A DNA stretch of 64,000 nt from a virus: positions 1-64,000 of the IMG/VR virus record IMGVR_UViG_3300031673_008942; one strand, written 5' to 3'. A program made the position numbers and the translations under genes. Positions 1 to 11,081 of this stretch are shown here, piece after piece. The notes under the pieces were generated by a model. It saw nothing but the letters and a program-made list of their open reading frames with translations. It searched no databases and was not told the origin of the DNA. Position 1 is the stretch's first letter. Each line of letters begins with the position of its first letter.

Positions 1-3000
1 GCGACAGGCGTAACTGGGCTTCAAGGTTCAGAGGGTAACGATGGCGTTCAAGGATTCCAAGGTTCAACTGGTTCTCAAGGTTTAGGTTTACAAGGACCTG
101 GTGGTGCAACTGGACCAATGGGTGATGTGGGACCTCAAGGATTTCAAGGATTAGAGGGTGACCAAGGTCCGCAAGGCATAACAGGGGCAACAGGTAACCA
201 AGGATTTGAAGGACCTCAAGGTCCGGGTCCTGCAGGTCCTCAGGGCAACCAGGGATTCCAAGGAAATGTTGGTGCAACTGGCGTAACTGGATTGCAAGGT
301 GCTCAGGGTGAGGTTGGTTTTCAAGGCGTTCAAGGAAGTGTAAGCGGAACGGGAATCCAGGGTTCTCAGGGTTCTCAGGGTTCTCAGGGAGTAGAGGGTT
401 CTCAGGGAGTAGAAGGTTCTCAGGGAGTAGAAGGTTCTCAGGGATATCAAGGGATAACGGGTGCTACGGGTGCTACGGGTGCTACGGGTGCTCAGGGATT
501 CCAAGGTTTAGTTGGTTCAACTGGTGTCCAGGGGGTTGGCGTAACAGGATTACAAGGCTCTGATGGCCTGCAAGGCTCAACTGGCTCTCAAGGTTCTCAA
601 GGTTCTCAAGGATTAGTTGGCTCGACAGGTGCCCAAGGTAATGGAGCAGATGGTGCTCAAGGAAGCCAAGGCAATGATGGATTCCAAGGCTTAGTTGGGC
701 CAACAGGGGCAGACGGCATAACAGGACTTCAGGGTAACGATGGTTCAACAGGTGTTCAGGGTGTCGATGGCTTGCAAGGCTTTCAAGGATTTACTGGACC
801 TCAAGGATTGGGACTTCAAGGACCTGGTGGTGCAACTGGGCCAATGGGTGATGTGGGTCCTCAAGGATTTCAAGGTTTGGAAGGTGACCAAGGACCTCAA
901 GGGATTACGGGAGCAACAGGTAACCAGGGATTTGAAGGTCCACAAGGTCCGGGTCCTGCAGGTCCACAAGGGAATCAGGGATTCCAAGGATTTCAAGGAG
1001 TAACGGGAAGTTCAGGCGTTCAGGGTAGTCAAGGATTTGGAAGTACTGGGAGTCAGGGTAGTCAAGGATTGGTCGGTTCAACTGGTGGACAAGGTGACGA
1101 TGGAATACAAGGCTCTCAGGGATTTCAAGGCGTTACGGGAATTACTGGTGTTCAGGGTAACGATGGTCTACAAGGTGCTCAGGGACCTCAAGGTTTAGAG
1201 GGCTCAACTGGTGCTCAGGGCAATGATGGTTCAGATGGGAATCAAGGTTTAGAGGGCTCAACTGGGACTCAGGGTTTTCAGGGTGATGATGGATTAAAGG
1301 GAAATCAAGGTTCGCAAGGTGAAACAGGGATGCAGGGTTCAACTGGTGTTCAGGGAGTAACTGGAAACACTGGTGTTCAGGGGAATGATGGTTCGGATGG
1401 CGTCCAGGGTAGTCAAGGATTTCAAGGCTCTGATGGAACACAGGGAAGCCAAGGCTCGCAGGGAGTTCAAGGAATTACGGGTGTAACTGGATTACAGGGT
1501 GATAATGGTAACGATGGCTTGCAAGGCTTGCAAGGCTTTCAAGGATTTACTGGGCCACAAGGTTTAGGTCTACAAGGTCCTGGTGGAGTTACAGGACCAA
1601 TGGGTGATGTGGGTCCTCAAGGGTTCCAAGGTTTAGAAGGTGACCAAGGACCACAGGGAATTACGGGAGCAACGGGAACTCAGGGTGTTGCAGGTAATGA
1701 TGGTGTTCAAGGGCCACAGGGTAATCAGGGGCTGACCGGCTTGCAAGGTAGCAATGGTTCTCAAGGAACAAATGGCTCAACTGGAAGTACAGGCTTGCAA
1801 GGAAGTGATGGTAGTCAAGGATTTCAGGGGAGTCAAGGTTTAGTTGGAATAACTGGATTTCAAGGATTTCAGGGATTGATTGGTTTGCAAGGAGTTCAGG
1901 GATTAATTGGCTCAACTGGCGTTCAGGGAGCGCAGGGAGAAGGGGGATTGCAGGGTACTCAAGGGCCAACTGGTATTACCGGAGCAGATGGAAATCAGGG
2001 CTTTCAGGGAGTAACTGGCTTACAAGGCGTAACTGGACTTCAGGGAAATGATGGATTGCAAGGATTTCAGGGATTTCAGGGAATAACTGGCTTGCAGGGA
2101 TTAGGCTTACAAGGACCTGGCGGGGCAACCGGTCCAGAAGGCGATGTCGGGCCTCAAGGATTTCAAGGTTTAGAAGGAGACCAAGGTCCGCAGGGAATTA
2201 CGGGAGCAACTGGTAGTCAAGGTTTTGAAGGTCCTCAAGGTCCCGGTCCCGCAGGACCTCAAGGGGCACAGGGAAGTCAGGGTTTCCAAGGCTCTCAGGG
2301 CGTTACTGGATTGCAAGGGCTTCAAGGCAATGATGGCTCTGATGGTGTTCAGGGCGTTCAGGGATTTCAAGGAATAACTGGCGTAACGGGCGTTCAAGGT
2401 TCTGATGGTTCTAATGGTCTTCAAGGGAATCAGGGATTAATTGGAGTCCAAGGTTCTCAAGGGAATCAGGGCGATATTGGAAGTACTGGATTGCAGGGCT
2501 CAGATGGAAACAATGGGGCTCAAGGCCCTCAGGGAAATCAGGGGAGTCAAGGATTAATTGGCTCAACAGGGGTTCAGGGTAATGATGGGTCTAATGGGGT
2601 TCAAGGTGCTCAGGGGGATATTGGAAGTACGGGGATACAGGGTTCTGATGGTAACGATGGTTTTCAAGGTAGTCAGGGATTAGTTGGTTCAACTGGAGTG
2701 CAGGGGGTCGCAGGGCTTCAGGGTGAAATCGGATTTCAAGGCAATCAGGGATTAATTGGAACAACTGGTGCTCAAGGTTCTGATGGTTCTGATGGGCTTC
2801 AGGGGCCACAAGGAAATACAGGCTCAGATGGCTTACAGGGTCCGCAAGGATTGAGAGGATTTCAAGGATTTGTAGGACTACAAGGACCTCAGGGCGATAC
2901 TGGTTCCGATGGTCTTCAAGGTCCTCAGGGATTGATTGGTATAACTGGAATCGGTGTGCAAGGACCTCAGGGAGTTGAAGGGCTTCAGGGGAATCAAGGA

Positions 3001-3363
3001 TTTATCGGAGTTACGGGACCGACTGGAAGTGCTCTTCTTCTTTGGACTACTGGTCGGAGTTCGAATGTCTCTGATTCTTATTTGGAACAAAATACAGTTC
3101 CAACAAATTTAGCTCCATTGGTTATTCCATCAGATGCAAGAATTGGGGCTTTATCGGCATCCACTGATGGGGTTGAGTCTTGGACAGGAGAAGTGAGGCT
3201 TAATGGTGCTACAACTCCAAGTGTTTCTATTGTGATAACGGCAGCGGATACCGCATTTGAGCTGAAGGACTTTGATGTAAGTGCTGGTGATACGTTGGCA
3301 ACTTATTGTTTAGGGGGCTCTATCAGCAAGCCTCAATTAATGGTTTGGTTTACAGGAAGATAA
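1..3363 (+). CDS. Giant collagen-like (Gly-X-Gln/Thr) virion fibre protein with small C-terminal globular domain; 5' end lies outside the window
   Basis: Frame 1 is open from base 1 (ATGVTGLQG...), so the Met at 118 is internal; about 1000 aa of G-X-Y triplets followed by a ~105-aa non-repetitive domain. Confidence 0.85.
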   Translation, partial: ATGVTGLQGSEGNDGVQGFQGSTGSQGLGLQGPGGATGPMGDVGPQGFQGLEGDQGPQGITGATGNQGFEGPQGPGPAGPQGNQGFQGNVGATGVTGLQGAQGEVGFQGVQGSVSGTGIQGSQGSQGSQGVEGSQGVEGSQGVEGSQGYQGITGATGATGATGAQGFQGLVGSTGVQGVGVTGLQGSDGLQGSTGSQGSQGSQGLVGSTGAQGNGADGAQGSQGNDGFQGLVGPTGADGITGLQGNDGSTGVQGVDGLQGFQGFTGPQGLGLQGPGGATGPMGDVGPQGFQGLEGDQGPQGITGATGNQGFEGPQGPGPAGPQGNQGFQGFQGVTGSSGVQGSQGFGSTGSQGSQGLVGSTGGQGDDGIQGSQGFQGVTGITGVQGNDGLQGAQGPQGLEGSTGAQGNDGSDGNQGLEGSTGTQGFQGDDGLKGNQGSQGETGMQGSTGVQGVTGNTGVQGNDGSDGVQGSQGFQGSDGTQGSQGSQGVQGITGVTGLQGDNGNDGLQGLQGFQGFTGPQGLGLQGPGGVTGPMGDVGPQGFQGLEGDQGPQGITGATGTQGVAGNDGVQGPQGNQGLTGLQGSNGSQGTNGSTGSTGLQGSDGSQGFQGSQGLVGITGFQGFQGLIGLQGVQGLIGSTGVQGAQGEGGLQGTQGPTGITGADGNQGFQGVTGLQGVTGLQGNDGLQGFQGFQGITGLQGLGLQGPGGATGPEGDVGPQGFQGLEGDQGPQGITGATGSQGFEGPQGPGPAGPQGAQGSQGFQGSQGVTGLQGLQGNDGSDGVQGVQGFQGITGVTGVQGSDGSNGLQGNQGLIGVQGSQGNQGDIGSTGLQGSDGNNGAQGPQGNQGSQGLIGSTGVQGNDGSNGVQGAQGDIGSTGIQGSDGNDGFQGSQGLVGSTGVQGVAGLQGEIGFQGNQGLIGTTGAQGSDGSDGLQGPQGNTGSDGLQGPQGLRGFQGFVGLQGPQGDTGSDGLQGPQGLIGITGIGVQGPQGVEGLQGNQGFIGVTGPTGSALLLWTTGRSSNVSDSYLEQNTVPTNLAPLVIPSDARIGALSASTDGVESWTGEVRLNGATTPSVSIVITAADTAFELKDFDVSAGDTLATYCLGGSISKPQLMVWFTGR
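79..2270 (+). repeat. Four copies of a 45-60-aa higher-order repeat within the collagen gene
   Basis: GLGLQGPGG(A/V)TGP(M/E)[25 protein letters not shown] recurs, with the M/E codon at 118, 844, 1600 and 2137. Confidence 0.9.
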
Positions 3364-3367
3364 AAAT

Positions 3368-4342
3368 ATGGCAGATACAAATCCAATTTTATTAACAACG
3401 ACTGGAACACTAAGTCCAGTTCCTATAAGAGATTTAGGAAAAGAGCCGGGTTTTGTGCATCCCACAGTAAGTGAGGATTTGACAGGACAGTTTGGGTTGA
3501 GCGAGCTGTACTCGTCTAATGATTTACAAAGTGCTGTTGATGATGGATATATTATTTTAAGAGACCAATTTGGTAATCTGATTGATGATATTCGCTTGCA
3601 GTTGGTGTCGTCTATGGGTGTGGAGAATGATGGGACGCCCCTGATTGACTGGGGTGCAGTTCTTAATTTTTCAGGAGCTATTAGTGTTGCAACTGGTGCA
3701 ACGGGTGGACGAGTTAATTTAGTTGTTGCTGATGGTGCGACTGGGTCTCAAGGACCTCTAGGATTGCAAGGATTTGAAGGAAGTCAAGGTCCGCTCGGCT
3801 TACAGGGATTTACAGGCGTGCAGGGTAATGCTGGACAGGATGGCGTTCAGGGTGCTCAAGGCATTCAAGGTATAACTGGACCCTCTTTGACAGCTAGTGA
3901 AATTATTAGCGGGGTAACTGGAATACCTGTTGCTATTGCTGTTGCAACAGCAGAGGAAGAAGCCTCCACAACTTCTACTACTGAATTTGTAGAGAAAATG
4001 CGTTTAGGCTGGGTTCCGAATGGTACGTCTCATTATTATCTTGAGTGGTATTTTGAACATACTGTTGACACTGCTTCTCGTTTAGTGGAGACTCGTGTTC
4101 GATTGGATGATACTTGGGTTTTAGGTTCGGATATATTTGAGGCATCTAGTGCTAATGCTTATTCAATGCGTTCGGGATGGCTCATTACTGGCCCTGTTGC
4201 TATTACTGGACCAACTGGTGCGACAGGAAGAATAATTGATATGGATTTCCGTAGGTTTCCCGGTGGTGGTGGTAATGCCACAGTGCGGATAAGGCGTGCT
4301 CGTATTAGAATTAGTGAAATAAGCGGTGAGGGGGCTAACTAA
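3368..4342 (+). CDS. Virion protein with short collagen-like segment
   Basis: Central GXQ triplets; tightly coupled to the fibre gene. Confidence 0.65.
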   Translation: MADTNPILLTTTGTLSPVPIRDLGKEPGFVHPTVSEDLTGQFGLSELYSSNDLQSAVDDGYIILRDQFGNLIDDIRLQLVSSMGVENDGTPLIDWGAVLNFSGAISVATGATGGRVNLVVADGATGSQGPLGLQGFEGSQGPLGLQGFTGVQGNAGQDGVQGAQGIQGITGPSLTASEIISGVTGIPVAIAVATAEEEASTTSTTEFVEKMRLGWVPNGTSHYYLEWYFEHTVDTASRLVETRVRLDDTWVLGSDIFEASSANAYSMRSGWLITGPVAITGPTGATGRIIDMDFRRFPGGGGNATVRIRRARIRISEISGEGAN

Positions 4343-5274
4343 TGGCATTTAAATATAGTTATGTAAAAGAGGTTAACCCTTCTTGTTTAAGTCAAGACAT
4401 TGATGATAGTTCTATTGTTTCTGTTTTAGCTTACATAAACACTCATGGGACTAGCGTAGATATCTTTTTTGAGACTGCGTTGTCAGGTGGCGATGAGACT
4501 ACTTTGGATGGAATTGTTGCAAGTCAAGTTGATGAGCCATTACCAGAAGAAATGAGTGGGTTAGTGGTTGGATTATCAATCTCTAATAATGCGATGACTC
4601 CAGATAGTGAGATTGATATTAGTAAAGGAAGAGTAAGAAGGAGGGGTGTTCCTTTTTCTCTTGATGCCTCCATCACTATTGATATAACTGCAAGTGGTTT
4701 GAATGGTCTGGATACGGGCTCTGTTCAGGCAGATACTTGGTATGCTGTTTTTGTTATTTCTAATGGTGATGAGACGATTACTTCAGCCGGAATATTTTCT
4801 TTAAGTCTGGAGCCGGATATGCCATCGGGGTATTGTTGTTATCGCAGGGTTGGCTGGGTGAAGACAGATGTCTCTAGTAATATCATGTCGTTCCAAGAAA
4901 GATGGACTGGCAATACCCGAAGATTTTATTGGGATGAGCAGTTGTCAACCACGAGCGTTCTTGATAATGGTTCTGCATCAACTTTTACAGCCGTAGACCT
5001 TTCGGCTTTTATGCCTCAGACTTCTTGTTGTGCTATCTTAAGTGTTGATTTTAAAACGGGTATAAGTGGTGATGGTTCTGATGATGTAAAGTTCCGAATC
5101 ACTGGTTCTTCTTTTGCTATTGCAGAACTTGCAACAGGTTCTGTTTCTGGTAAAAAAGCAAATTTTTATTTAGAGCTACCTACTGATGCGAATCAATCTA
5201 TTGATTACAAGGTTATTGATGGGGCAAATAACAAAGCAGGGATTTCAGTTAGAGGGTGGTATGATGACCTTTAA
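4342..5274 (+). CDS. Tail-fibre-associated structural protein
   Basis: GLNGLDTGS..ADTWYAVFVI...PSGY..YRRVG motif typical of phage fibre domains; TAATG coupling. Confidence 0.55.
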   Translation: MAFKYSYVKEVNPSCLSQDIDDSSIVSVLAYINTHGTSVDIFFETALSGGDETTLDGIVASQVDEPLPEEMSGLVVGLSISNNAMTPDSEIDISKGRVRRRGVPFSLDASITIDITASGLNGLDTGSVQADTWYAVFVISNGDETITSAGIFSLSLEPDMPSGYCCYRRVGWVKTDVSSNIMSFQERWTGNTRRFYWDEQLSTTSVLDNGSASTFTAVDLSAFMPQTSCCAILSVDFKTGISGDGSDDVKFRITGSSFAIAELATGSVSGKKANFYLELPTDANQSIDYKVIDGANNKAGISVRGWYDDL

Positions 5275-5291
5275 TACTTGGAGGATTTATT

Positions 5292-5855
5292 ATGGCTTAT
5301 AATGGCGTAAAGCAGATAGTGATTGATACGGCTACTAATGAGGTGTTGCGGTATGGGTATTGTGATATGGCGAATGATGGAATATTTGATGCTGCCACTG
5401 AAACAATAGTTGAGAATGGACATCGTTTTGATTCTCGTGTTGCCGAGTTTGAATGGAGTTGGAATGGTTCGGTCTTTTCAAAAGGAAATGCAAAGATTTT
5501 AGAAGGTGCTTCCAAGATTCAGCAAGTTGATGTTAATAAGGAAGTGAATAAAAATTCATATACGAAAGTTTCAAGGATTGTTTATAATGGTAAAAAGACA
5601 GGTGTGATAAGAGAGATTGAGGCTGTTTGTTATGCGGGAAACTCTAATGTTACTTATGATTTAAGAGTGGTTGACCGTAAAAATGGCGGTGAGGTCATTG
5701 CAGAAGCCACAGGGTTTAATAATACAGAGCCAGATATTGTTGTTTTGACAAATTTGGAATCTCTTGGCAATAGAAAAACGGTATTGGAAATTCAAATAAG
5801 ACGCTCTGGTTCTTCTGGGTGGGCGTATTTGGATTCTCTGTTGCTGAAATATTAA
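5292..5855 (+). CDS. Hypothetical (probable virion) protein
   Basis: GGAGG RBS; structural gene context. Confidence 0.6.
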   Translation: MAYNGVKQIVIDTATNEVLRYGYCDMANDGIFDAATETIVENGHRFDSRVAEFEWSWNGSVFSKGNAKILEGASKIQQVDVNKEVNKNSYTKVSRIVYNGKKTGVIREIEAVCYAGNSNVTYDLRVVDRKNGGEVIAEATGFNNTEPDIVVLTNLESLGNRKTVLEIQIRRSGSSGWAYLDSLLLKY

Positions 5856-5870
5856 TGGAGGACTTTTAAG

Positions 5871-6767
5871 ATGAGTGTATTAAATAAATATCAGATTTGG
5901 TGTGAAACTGATTTAAAATATGAATATGTATGGAAAGCCGAAGGGGAAGATGTTCCAACAAGTTGCCCTACAAATACTGCTCATACTGTAGATTCTTCTA
6001 AGACTGCAATTGCAGATGAGATTAATGTTGAGGTTCATGATATTTCTGGACGGCAGAGGGTTCATCAATCTTCTAAGCCTATCGGCTCTGTGATTTATTT
6101 TACCGGAGAAGGGGATGATGCCACTTCGGTAGGTAGCAAGAAGGGCGGACAGGAGATGATTATTCAGCATAAGGTGTCTGATGAGACTCCTCAAGTTTTA
6201 GATATTTGGTTCAATGCAGTTGCTAATCGGACATGGCTTCATGAGGGGTATGTCCAATGGCGTAATGCAGAGTTTGACAGAATATCATTGAGTGTTGTTC
6301 CTAAGTTGGCTATTACAACGGTTGGAAGTAATACGAACTATGCGAATGGTCCTGCGTCTGCTCCTTATTTGATTATTCCGGCAGCAGGGGATGGAACAGT
6401 TGATATTGCGACAGGGGTTTTGGAAGAGCATGATGGTGGTTTGGTTTATATGCCAAATGAGGATGATGGCACTCCCCCAGTGGCTTTTTGGAATGCAGAT
6501 TGGAATGCAGCGACTAGCAAGTTTGAGAATATAAGTGCTGCTCCTACGGGAAATGGTCGTTATAATTTGTTCAATACTCAAATTACGTTTCATAATTTTG
6601 TTAATCGCTTCCCTTTATTAGGGGGTGGTTTTATGAAGATGCAAACATCGGATATCTCTGAGTTAGGGCATGGAATGATTGTTCGCCTGACAGCAGAGAC
6701 GATAGGAGCAGACCATGATTGGGATATGTCGATATTATTAATGTTGGCAAGAGCAACCACGGTTTAA
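5871..6767 (+). CDS. Hypothetical (probable virion) protein
   Basis: GGAGG RBS; 298-aa ORF. Confidence 0.6.
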   Translation: MSVLNKYQIWCETDLKYEYVWKAEGEDVPTSCPTNTAHTVDSSKTAIADEINVEVHDISGRQRVHQSSKPIGSVIYFTGEGDDATSVGSKKGGQEMIIQHKVSDETPQVLDIWFNAVANRTWLHEGYVQWRNAEFDRISLSVVPKLAITTVGSNTNYANGPASAPYLIIPAAGDGTVDIATGVLEEHDGGLVYMPNEDDGTPPVAFWNADWNAATSKFENISAAPTGNGRYNLFNTQITFHNFVNRFPLLGGGFMKMQTSDISELGHGMIVRLTAETIGADHDWDMSILLMLARATTV

Positions 6768-6796
6768 AATTAAAAATTAAAAAAGGAGGCTGAATT

Positions 6797-7207
6797 ATGG
6801 CAGCTAATGAAAGAGTACAATGGGATATTAATGATATTCCTTATGGTCAGCTTGCTCCCTCGCAAGCAAATAGAACTAATTTTACGCCTGGGAAAGTTAA
6901 TGCAGGTCCAGGTGACCAGAATTGGCCAGAAGTTTATCGTATACCAGTTGGTTTGCCTGCTTTCGAGCAGAATGGACCTTTAGAGGTAGAGCGAGTTCGT
7001 GTGATTAAACTCCATAGGAATACAGTATCTGACCAAGTTATTGGTGCTCCAGTCGAAGGAACTCCCGTTACTTATCTTCTTCCTGATGATTCTGTCTGGG
7101 GGACGGGTAATACTCCAGAATATGAGTTTACCCCAACTGATACACAAGATGTTGATGGAGACCAAGAGCGTATTGCTGGTTATGATTGGGCGAAAGGCTT
7201 GGTTTAA
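6797..7207 (+). CDS. Hypothetical protein
   Basis: AAGGAGG RBS. Confidence 0.6.
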   Translation: MAANERVQWDINDIPYGQLAPSQANRTNFTPGKVNAGPGDQNWPEVYRIPVGLPAFEQNGPLEVERVRVIKLHRNTVSDQVIGAPVEGTPVTYLLPDDSVWGTGNTPEYEFTPTDTQDVDGDQERIAGYDWAKGLV

Positions 7208-7215
7208 GGGGCTGA

Positions 7216-7563
7216 ATGTCTAATCAAATATCAGACCCTAATCCTCATAATTTAACTTTCCCCTATCCCTTGAATGGTCCCGGACCTGCAAGGGCTAGAG
7301 GGCAAGGATGTTTGGTGTGTGTGCATCAGACGATTTGCCCCGCAGTATATTGGTTTTATCGGTATACTCAGAATGAGTTGGGTCAGACGCAAGGCACTTT
7401 GTGTGCTTCTTGGTCGGACAATCCAGCGGATTCTCCTACTCCGGTCAATGAACCTGATTTGGAAGAGAATGAATATATTGCTATTCAGGGGATTGGCTCG
7501 GAGGCACGTAGGAATGGTATCACAGAGCCTGTAACTGGCAGTAACCGTCGTGGAGCTTCGTAA
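7216..7563 (+). CDS. Hypothetical protein with CxxC motif
   Basis: CLVCVH...C; TAATG-coupled to the next gene. Confidence 0.55.
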   Translation: MSNQISDPNPHNLTFPYPLNGPGPARARGQGCLVCVHQTICPAVYWFYRYTQNELGQTQGTLCASWSDNPADSPTPVNEPDLEENEYIAIQGIGSEARRNGITEPVTGSNRRGAS

Positions 7564-7979
7564 TGGCAGGTCGTTCTTACCAGGAAATTATAGATAAGGG
7601 TCTGAAAGACCTTGAGAAGCAAGCTTTTATTGAAGCCCAGGAGGCGAAGGCTCAGAAGCGTAAGCCGAAGCGTGTAGGGCAAAAACATAAGGCTGGTACT
7701 CTTTTTGCTAAAAGGAATAAGCGTTTGGCGATTCGAGAGGGTGCCCTTCGTAATACCCAAATCATCATTACATACACTAAAACCACGACTGGTGAGACAA
7801 AGAAGTATGTGGTGGCTCCTTATTCCTACAAGTTTAGGAGATTGAAGGTTGGTCTTCGTAAGATGTTGTATGCGTGGGACATGAAGGATAAAAAGATAAA
7901 GAGTTTTGCCTTAAGGGATATTAAGAAGGTGGCACTTACGGACCGAAAATTTCGTCCAAAATGGCCAGTTGAAATCTAA
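7563..7979 (+). CDS. Stand-alone WYL-domain protein
   Basis: IITYTKTTTGETKKYVVAPYSY...LYAWDMKDKKIKSFALRDIKKV fits the WYL (Sm/SH3-like) pattern; basic N-terminus. Confidence 0.65.
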   Translation: MAGRSYQEIIDKGLKDLEKQAFIEAQEAKAQKRKPKRVGQKHKAGTLFAKRNKRLAIREGALRNTQIIITYTKTTTGETKKYVVAPYSYKFRRLKVGLRKMLYAWDMKDKKIKSFALRDIKKVALTDRKFRPKWPVEI

Positions 7980-7995
7980 ATCGTTTTTTTAACAA

Positions 7996-8010
7996 TTTTT
8001 TTATATAAAT
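7996..8010 (+). promoter_or_regulatory. Putative late promoter motif T7-ATATAAAT
   Basis: T7-8-ATA motif repeated upstream of structural operons (also at 10407, 28415, 38263). Confidence 0.4.
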
Positions 8011-8031
8011 GTTTTTGATAGGAGGATTACA

Positions 8032-8727
8032 ATGCGTAGTCGAAGAAGCAGTACTTATTGGACGTCAGAATTAGCCGCGATGCTTAGGCAATTTGAGGTT
8101 GGTGATATGGTATCATCCATCCTAACCGATAGTCGTGTTCTGTATGGTATCGTCAAAGATGTAAGTGAGAAGACTAATAAGGTCTTAGTCGCTTGGAGTG
8201 GTGGTAGTTATGTTCAGCATGACCCCGATGAAATAGCTTTATGGATGGGTCCTGTAGATAGAGAGACTTTGCAGTCTCGTTTGGCCTCCCGAAGAGCTAA
8301 AATGGCTTTTGAGGTAATGGTTGGTGGTGCTGAAGAAACTGATGATGTTCCTCCCGATTTTGTAGGCAATCCAGAAGTTCATGGTATTGAGGAGCCTCGT
8401 GGTGGCGGATTCAGTATTATGCAGAATTTGCAAAAAGATTTGAGAAAAGAAGAGACTGAGGAAAGGACTGCTTCCGTTAAGTCTCGCAGAGCGATGTATT
8501 GGGGTGGACCTGGGCGACAGTATCGACTGACCCAAAAAGAGCAAAATGGCGTGGAGCCAATTTGTTGCCCCAAATGTAAAGAGTCTTTGGAGGTTTATCC
8601 ATTTACTCGTAAGGAGAAGCTTTATTCTTGTCCGACTTGTGAGTTCAAAATTCCATCAAGCAAGGTTGTCACTATTGTTGAGCCGGAAACTGAACTTGAA
8701 ATATTAGCTTCTCGGAGAGGGAAGTAA
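8032..8727 (+). CDS. Head-region protein with C-terminal Zn ribbon
   Basis: CPKC...CPTC; AGGAGG RBS. Confidence 0.6.
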   Translation: MRSRRSSTYWTSELAAMLRQFEVGDMVSSILTDSRVLYGIVKDVSEKTNKVLVAWSGGSYVQHDPDEIALWMGPVDRETLQSRLASRRAKMAFEVMVGGAEETDDVPPDFVGNPEVHGIEEPRGGGFSIMQNLQKDLRKEETEERTASVKSRRAMYWGGPGRQYRLTQKEQNGVEPICCPKCKESLEVYPFTRKEKLYSCPTCEFKIPSSKVVTIVEPETELEILASRRGK

Positions 8728-8758
8728 AAACGTAACCAAAAACCCTAAGGAGATTATT

Positions 8759-8971
8759 ATGGGATTCGAGGTATTGAGAGAAGAAGAACAACCATTCTTC
8801 AAAGAAAATAAGATTGCCGTTCCTAGTCGTGTTACTAATTTTGTGAGTCAGGGTGGCAAGACTCAACCAACCATCCAGAAGAATTATCTTCAATATGAAG
8901 GTGTTGGTAAGCCTGGTACTGAGTCTGATGTATTAGAGGTTTATCTGCCTAATTCTTACAACGTAAGCTAA
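8759..8971 (+). CDS. Hypothetical protein
   Basis: AAGGAG RBS; 70 aa. Confidence 0.55.
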   Translation: MGFEVLREEEQPFFKENKIAVPSRVTNFVSQGGKTQPTIQKNYLQYEGVGKPGTESDVLEVYLPNSYNVS

Positions 8972-8985
8972 ACAGAGAGTTTTAT

Positions 8986-9010
8986 AGTCCGTCCTTTCGG
9001 GGGCGGGCTT
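8986..9010 (+). terminator. Stable UUCG hairpin (terminator or processing signal)
   Basis: AGTCCGTCCT-TTCG-GGGGCGGGCT; short U tail. Confidence 0.5.
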
Positions 9011-9017
9011 AATTATT

Positions 9018-10025
9018 ATGAATAGACGTTGTACTTCAGAAACTTGTTTAGTGGAGGCGAATGTGCGAAGCAGTAGCATAGATATGCCATTAGCCACGAT
9101 TTTAGAAAGACCAAAGCAGGAATGGGAACGAATTCAGGCAGGTCATGGTCGTGTAAAGGTGGCTCGGAATATCCATGTTGATTGGAAGCAATTCAATCAA
9201 GATAATTATCTTTTCAGTCATTGTACCATTGTGGCATCAGTGGACGTAGAGGATAATTTTTATCATATTAAACCAGCTTGTAGTGATTTGGTTAATAATA
9301 ATGGTAATGCTTGGACGAATCCTGTTTTGCTTTCTACATTCAGAACCTTCATAGGGGCAGAAAATTATTTAGAGCATGTTCAGATTCCTGAGCTTTCTAA
9401 AGGTAAGATTTTAGATGTTGTTCTTCGCCCTGTTGAATATGAGAATAAGGTGGGTCAGACGGCGAATGTTTACTATGCTGATATTTTGGTTGCTACTGAA
9501 AGGAAGCATGGTGATTTGGTAACCAAGATTGCTTCTGGCGAATTAGATTCCATGTCCATGGGGTGTATTGCCAATCATGTTCAGTGTTCGGCTTGTGGTG
9601 TCGTGTTAGGCGACAATGACCCAAATTGTAATCATATAGCTTCACAATTACGACAGGACTTTGTTGATAAGAATGGAGTTAAGAGGGTTATTGCTGAGCT
9701 ATGTGGTCGGATGGTTTTCAATGCTCAAACTCAGCAATGGGAGGGAGACCCTGATAGTGTTCGTTTTATTGAGGCATCTTGGGTGGACCGTCCCGCTTTT
9801 GAGGGAGCTGTTTTGAATCATTATTTAAGTGAGGTTCCGAAGGCTGCTCAAATTTTACAATTTCCTACTAACCGTTTAGCCGAGACAGTTGAAGATATTT
9901 TCCGTATGCGTGTAGCAGACCGAAATGGGATGATAGTTTTGCGTGTTGCTCAGGATGAATTGAGAAAGCGTCAGAAAGAAGAAATGATTAATCGTGTTGC
10001 TAGGTCCCTTTATGTGGCTCGGTAA
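9018..10025 (+). CDS. Prohead (capsid maturation) protease
   Basis: YLEH, SMSMGC and FIEASWVDRPAFEGA motifs of HK97/U35-like proteases; upstream of scaffold and capsid genes. Confidence 0.75.
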   Translation: MNRRCTSETCLVEANVRSSSIDMPLATILERPKQEWERIQAGHGRVKVARNIHVDWKQFNQDNYLFSHCTIVASVDVEDNFYHIKPACSDLVNNNGNAWTNPVLLSTFRTFIGAENYLEHVQIPELSKGKILDVVLRPVEYENKVGQTANVYYADILVATERKHGDLVTKIASGELDSMSMGCIANHVQCSACGVVLGDNDPNCNHIASQLRQDFVDKNGVKRVIAELCGRMVFNAQTQQWEGDPDSVRFIEASWVDRPAFEGAVLNHYLSEVPKAAQILQFPTNRLAETVEDIFRMRVADRNGMIVLRVAQDELRKRQKEEMINRVARSLYVAR

Positions 10026-10057
10026 TTTAATATTAACTACTAAAAGGAGGAACACTC

Positions 10058-10393
10058 ATGCATAAGCGTAAGCGAATGACTGGTGGTCGTCATAGCCGTA
10101 AGGCTTCCGGTATCCTTGGTGAGATTGATGCTCTTGAGCGTCGAATCAAAGCAATGGATGGAGATGCTGAGCTTCAGGCTGAGGCTGATGCGTTGGCGGA
10201 AGAAGAGCGTGCAGTGACCGATGCTGACAAGTGGGATGCCCAGGATGACTTTGGCTCTCAGAACGAGTTGGCAATGGAAAACTGGCCTGTTCCACCCGAT
10301 ACGGCTGAAAAGCAACTTTCTGCTTCTGAAAGGAAGAAAAGAGAGCTTGTGGCAGCACGATTGGTTGGTCTGGCAAAACAATTACTTAAATAA
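10058..10393 (+). CDS. Small acidic head protein
   Basis: AAGGAGG RBS; C-terminal VAARLVGLAKQLL motif. Confidence 0.6.
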   Translation: MHKRKRMTGGRHSRKASGILGEIDALERRIKAMDGDAELQAEADALAEEERAVTDADKWDAQDDFGSQNELAMENWPVPPDTAEKQLSASERKKRELVAARLVGLAKQLLK

Positions 10394-10406
10394 AAAAGTG
10401 TAATAA

Positions 10407-10417
10407 TTTTTTTATAT
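10407..10417 (+). promoter_or_regulatory. Putative late promoter motif T7-ATAT
   Basis: Same motif as at 7996; upstream of the scaffold/capsid operon. Confidence 0.35.
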
Positions 10418-10472
10418 TTTTTTTATTCAATAAGAACCGTACTGCATTATGGCAGATTAAAGGAGATTTACG

Positions 10473-11081
10473 ATGGCACAAAATAGCTTAAAGAGAGAGA
10501 TTCGGGCAGCCGAAAGGCGTCTTGCATCCCTTAGAAAAAAAGCTTCTGCCTCCCGTCGTCCTACCGCTTCAGAAGTAATCTTAGCAGAAATTGCACAGAT
10601 TGAAGAGAAGTTGGCGTGTGGCGAAATGGGAGCTCCCATGGAGGCACCAATGTCTTACATGGAAATGGAAGAGTCAATGGATTACATGGATTACATGGAC
10701 ATGGACATGGACATGGACGATGACATTATTATTGAGGATGACCTTGATGATGACTTTGATGATGAGATGTCTTACATGGAAATGGAAGAGCCAATGGGTT
10801 ATATGCATGCAGCCGATGAGGGAGTTGAAGATGAGATTACTCAGGATTATTTGAGCGATGTTGTCAATCTCATGGGCAAAGGCGACCTGGCAACCGAACC
10901 TTCTATGGAAGATGCGGCTCGTGATGCGAGTATGACTTCTGTAGATTTCCTCAAGCGTGCGTCTGCTCGTCTTGACCGTGTATCTAACTATTTAGAAAAA
11001 AATGGGCAAGTAAAAATTGCATTCCGTCTGGATAAGATGGCTGATGCTGTTGATGCTCGGATTAAACAGGAGGGCAACTAA
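10473..11081 (+). CDS. Acidic Met/Asp-rich head (scaffold-like or internal) protein
   Basis: MDMDMD/DDD low-complexity core; head operon. Confidence 0.6.
   Translation: MAQNSLKREIRAAERRLASLRKKASASRRPTASEVILAEIAQIEEKLACGEMGAPMEAPMSYMEMEESMDYMDYMDMDMDMDDDIIIEDDLDDDFDDEMSYMEMEEPMGYMHAADEGVEDEITQDYLSDVVNLMGKGDLATEPSMEDAARDASMTSVDFLKRASARLDRVSNYLEKNGQVKIAFRLDKMADAVDARIKQEGN

Noticed and set aside
79-2270. Diversity-generating retroelement TR/VR pair
   Set aside because: Differences are mostly synonymous third-position changes, not adenine-specific; no reverse transcriptase in the window
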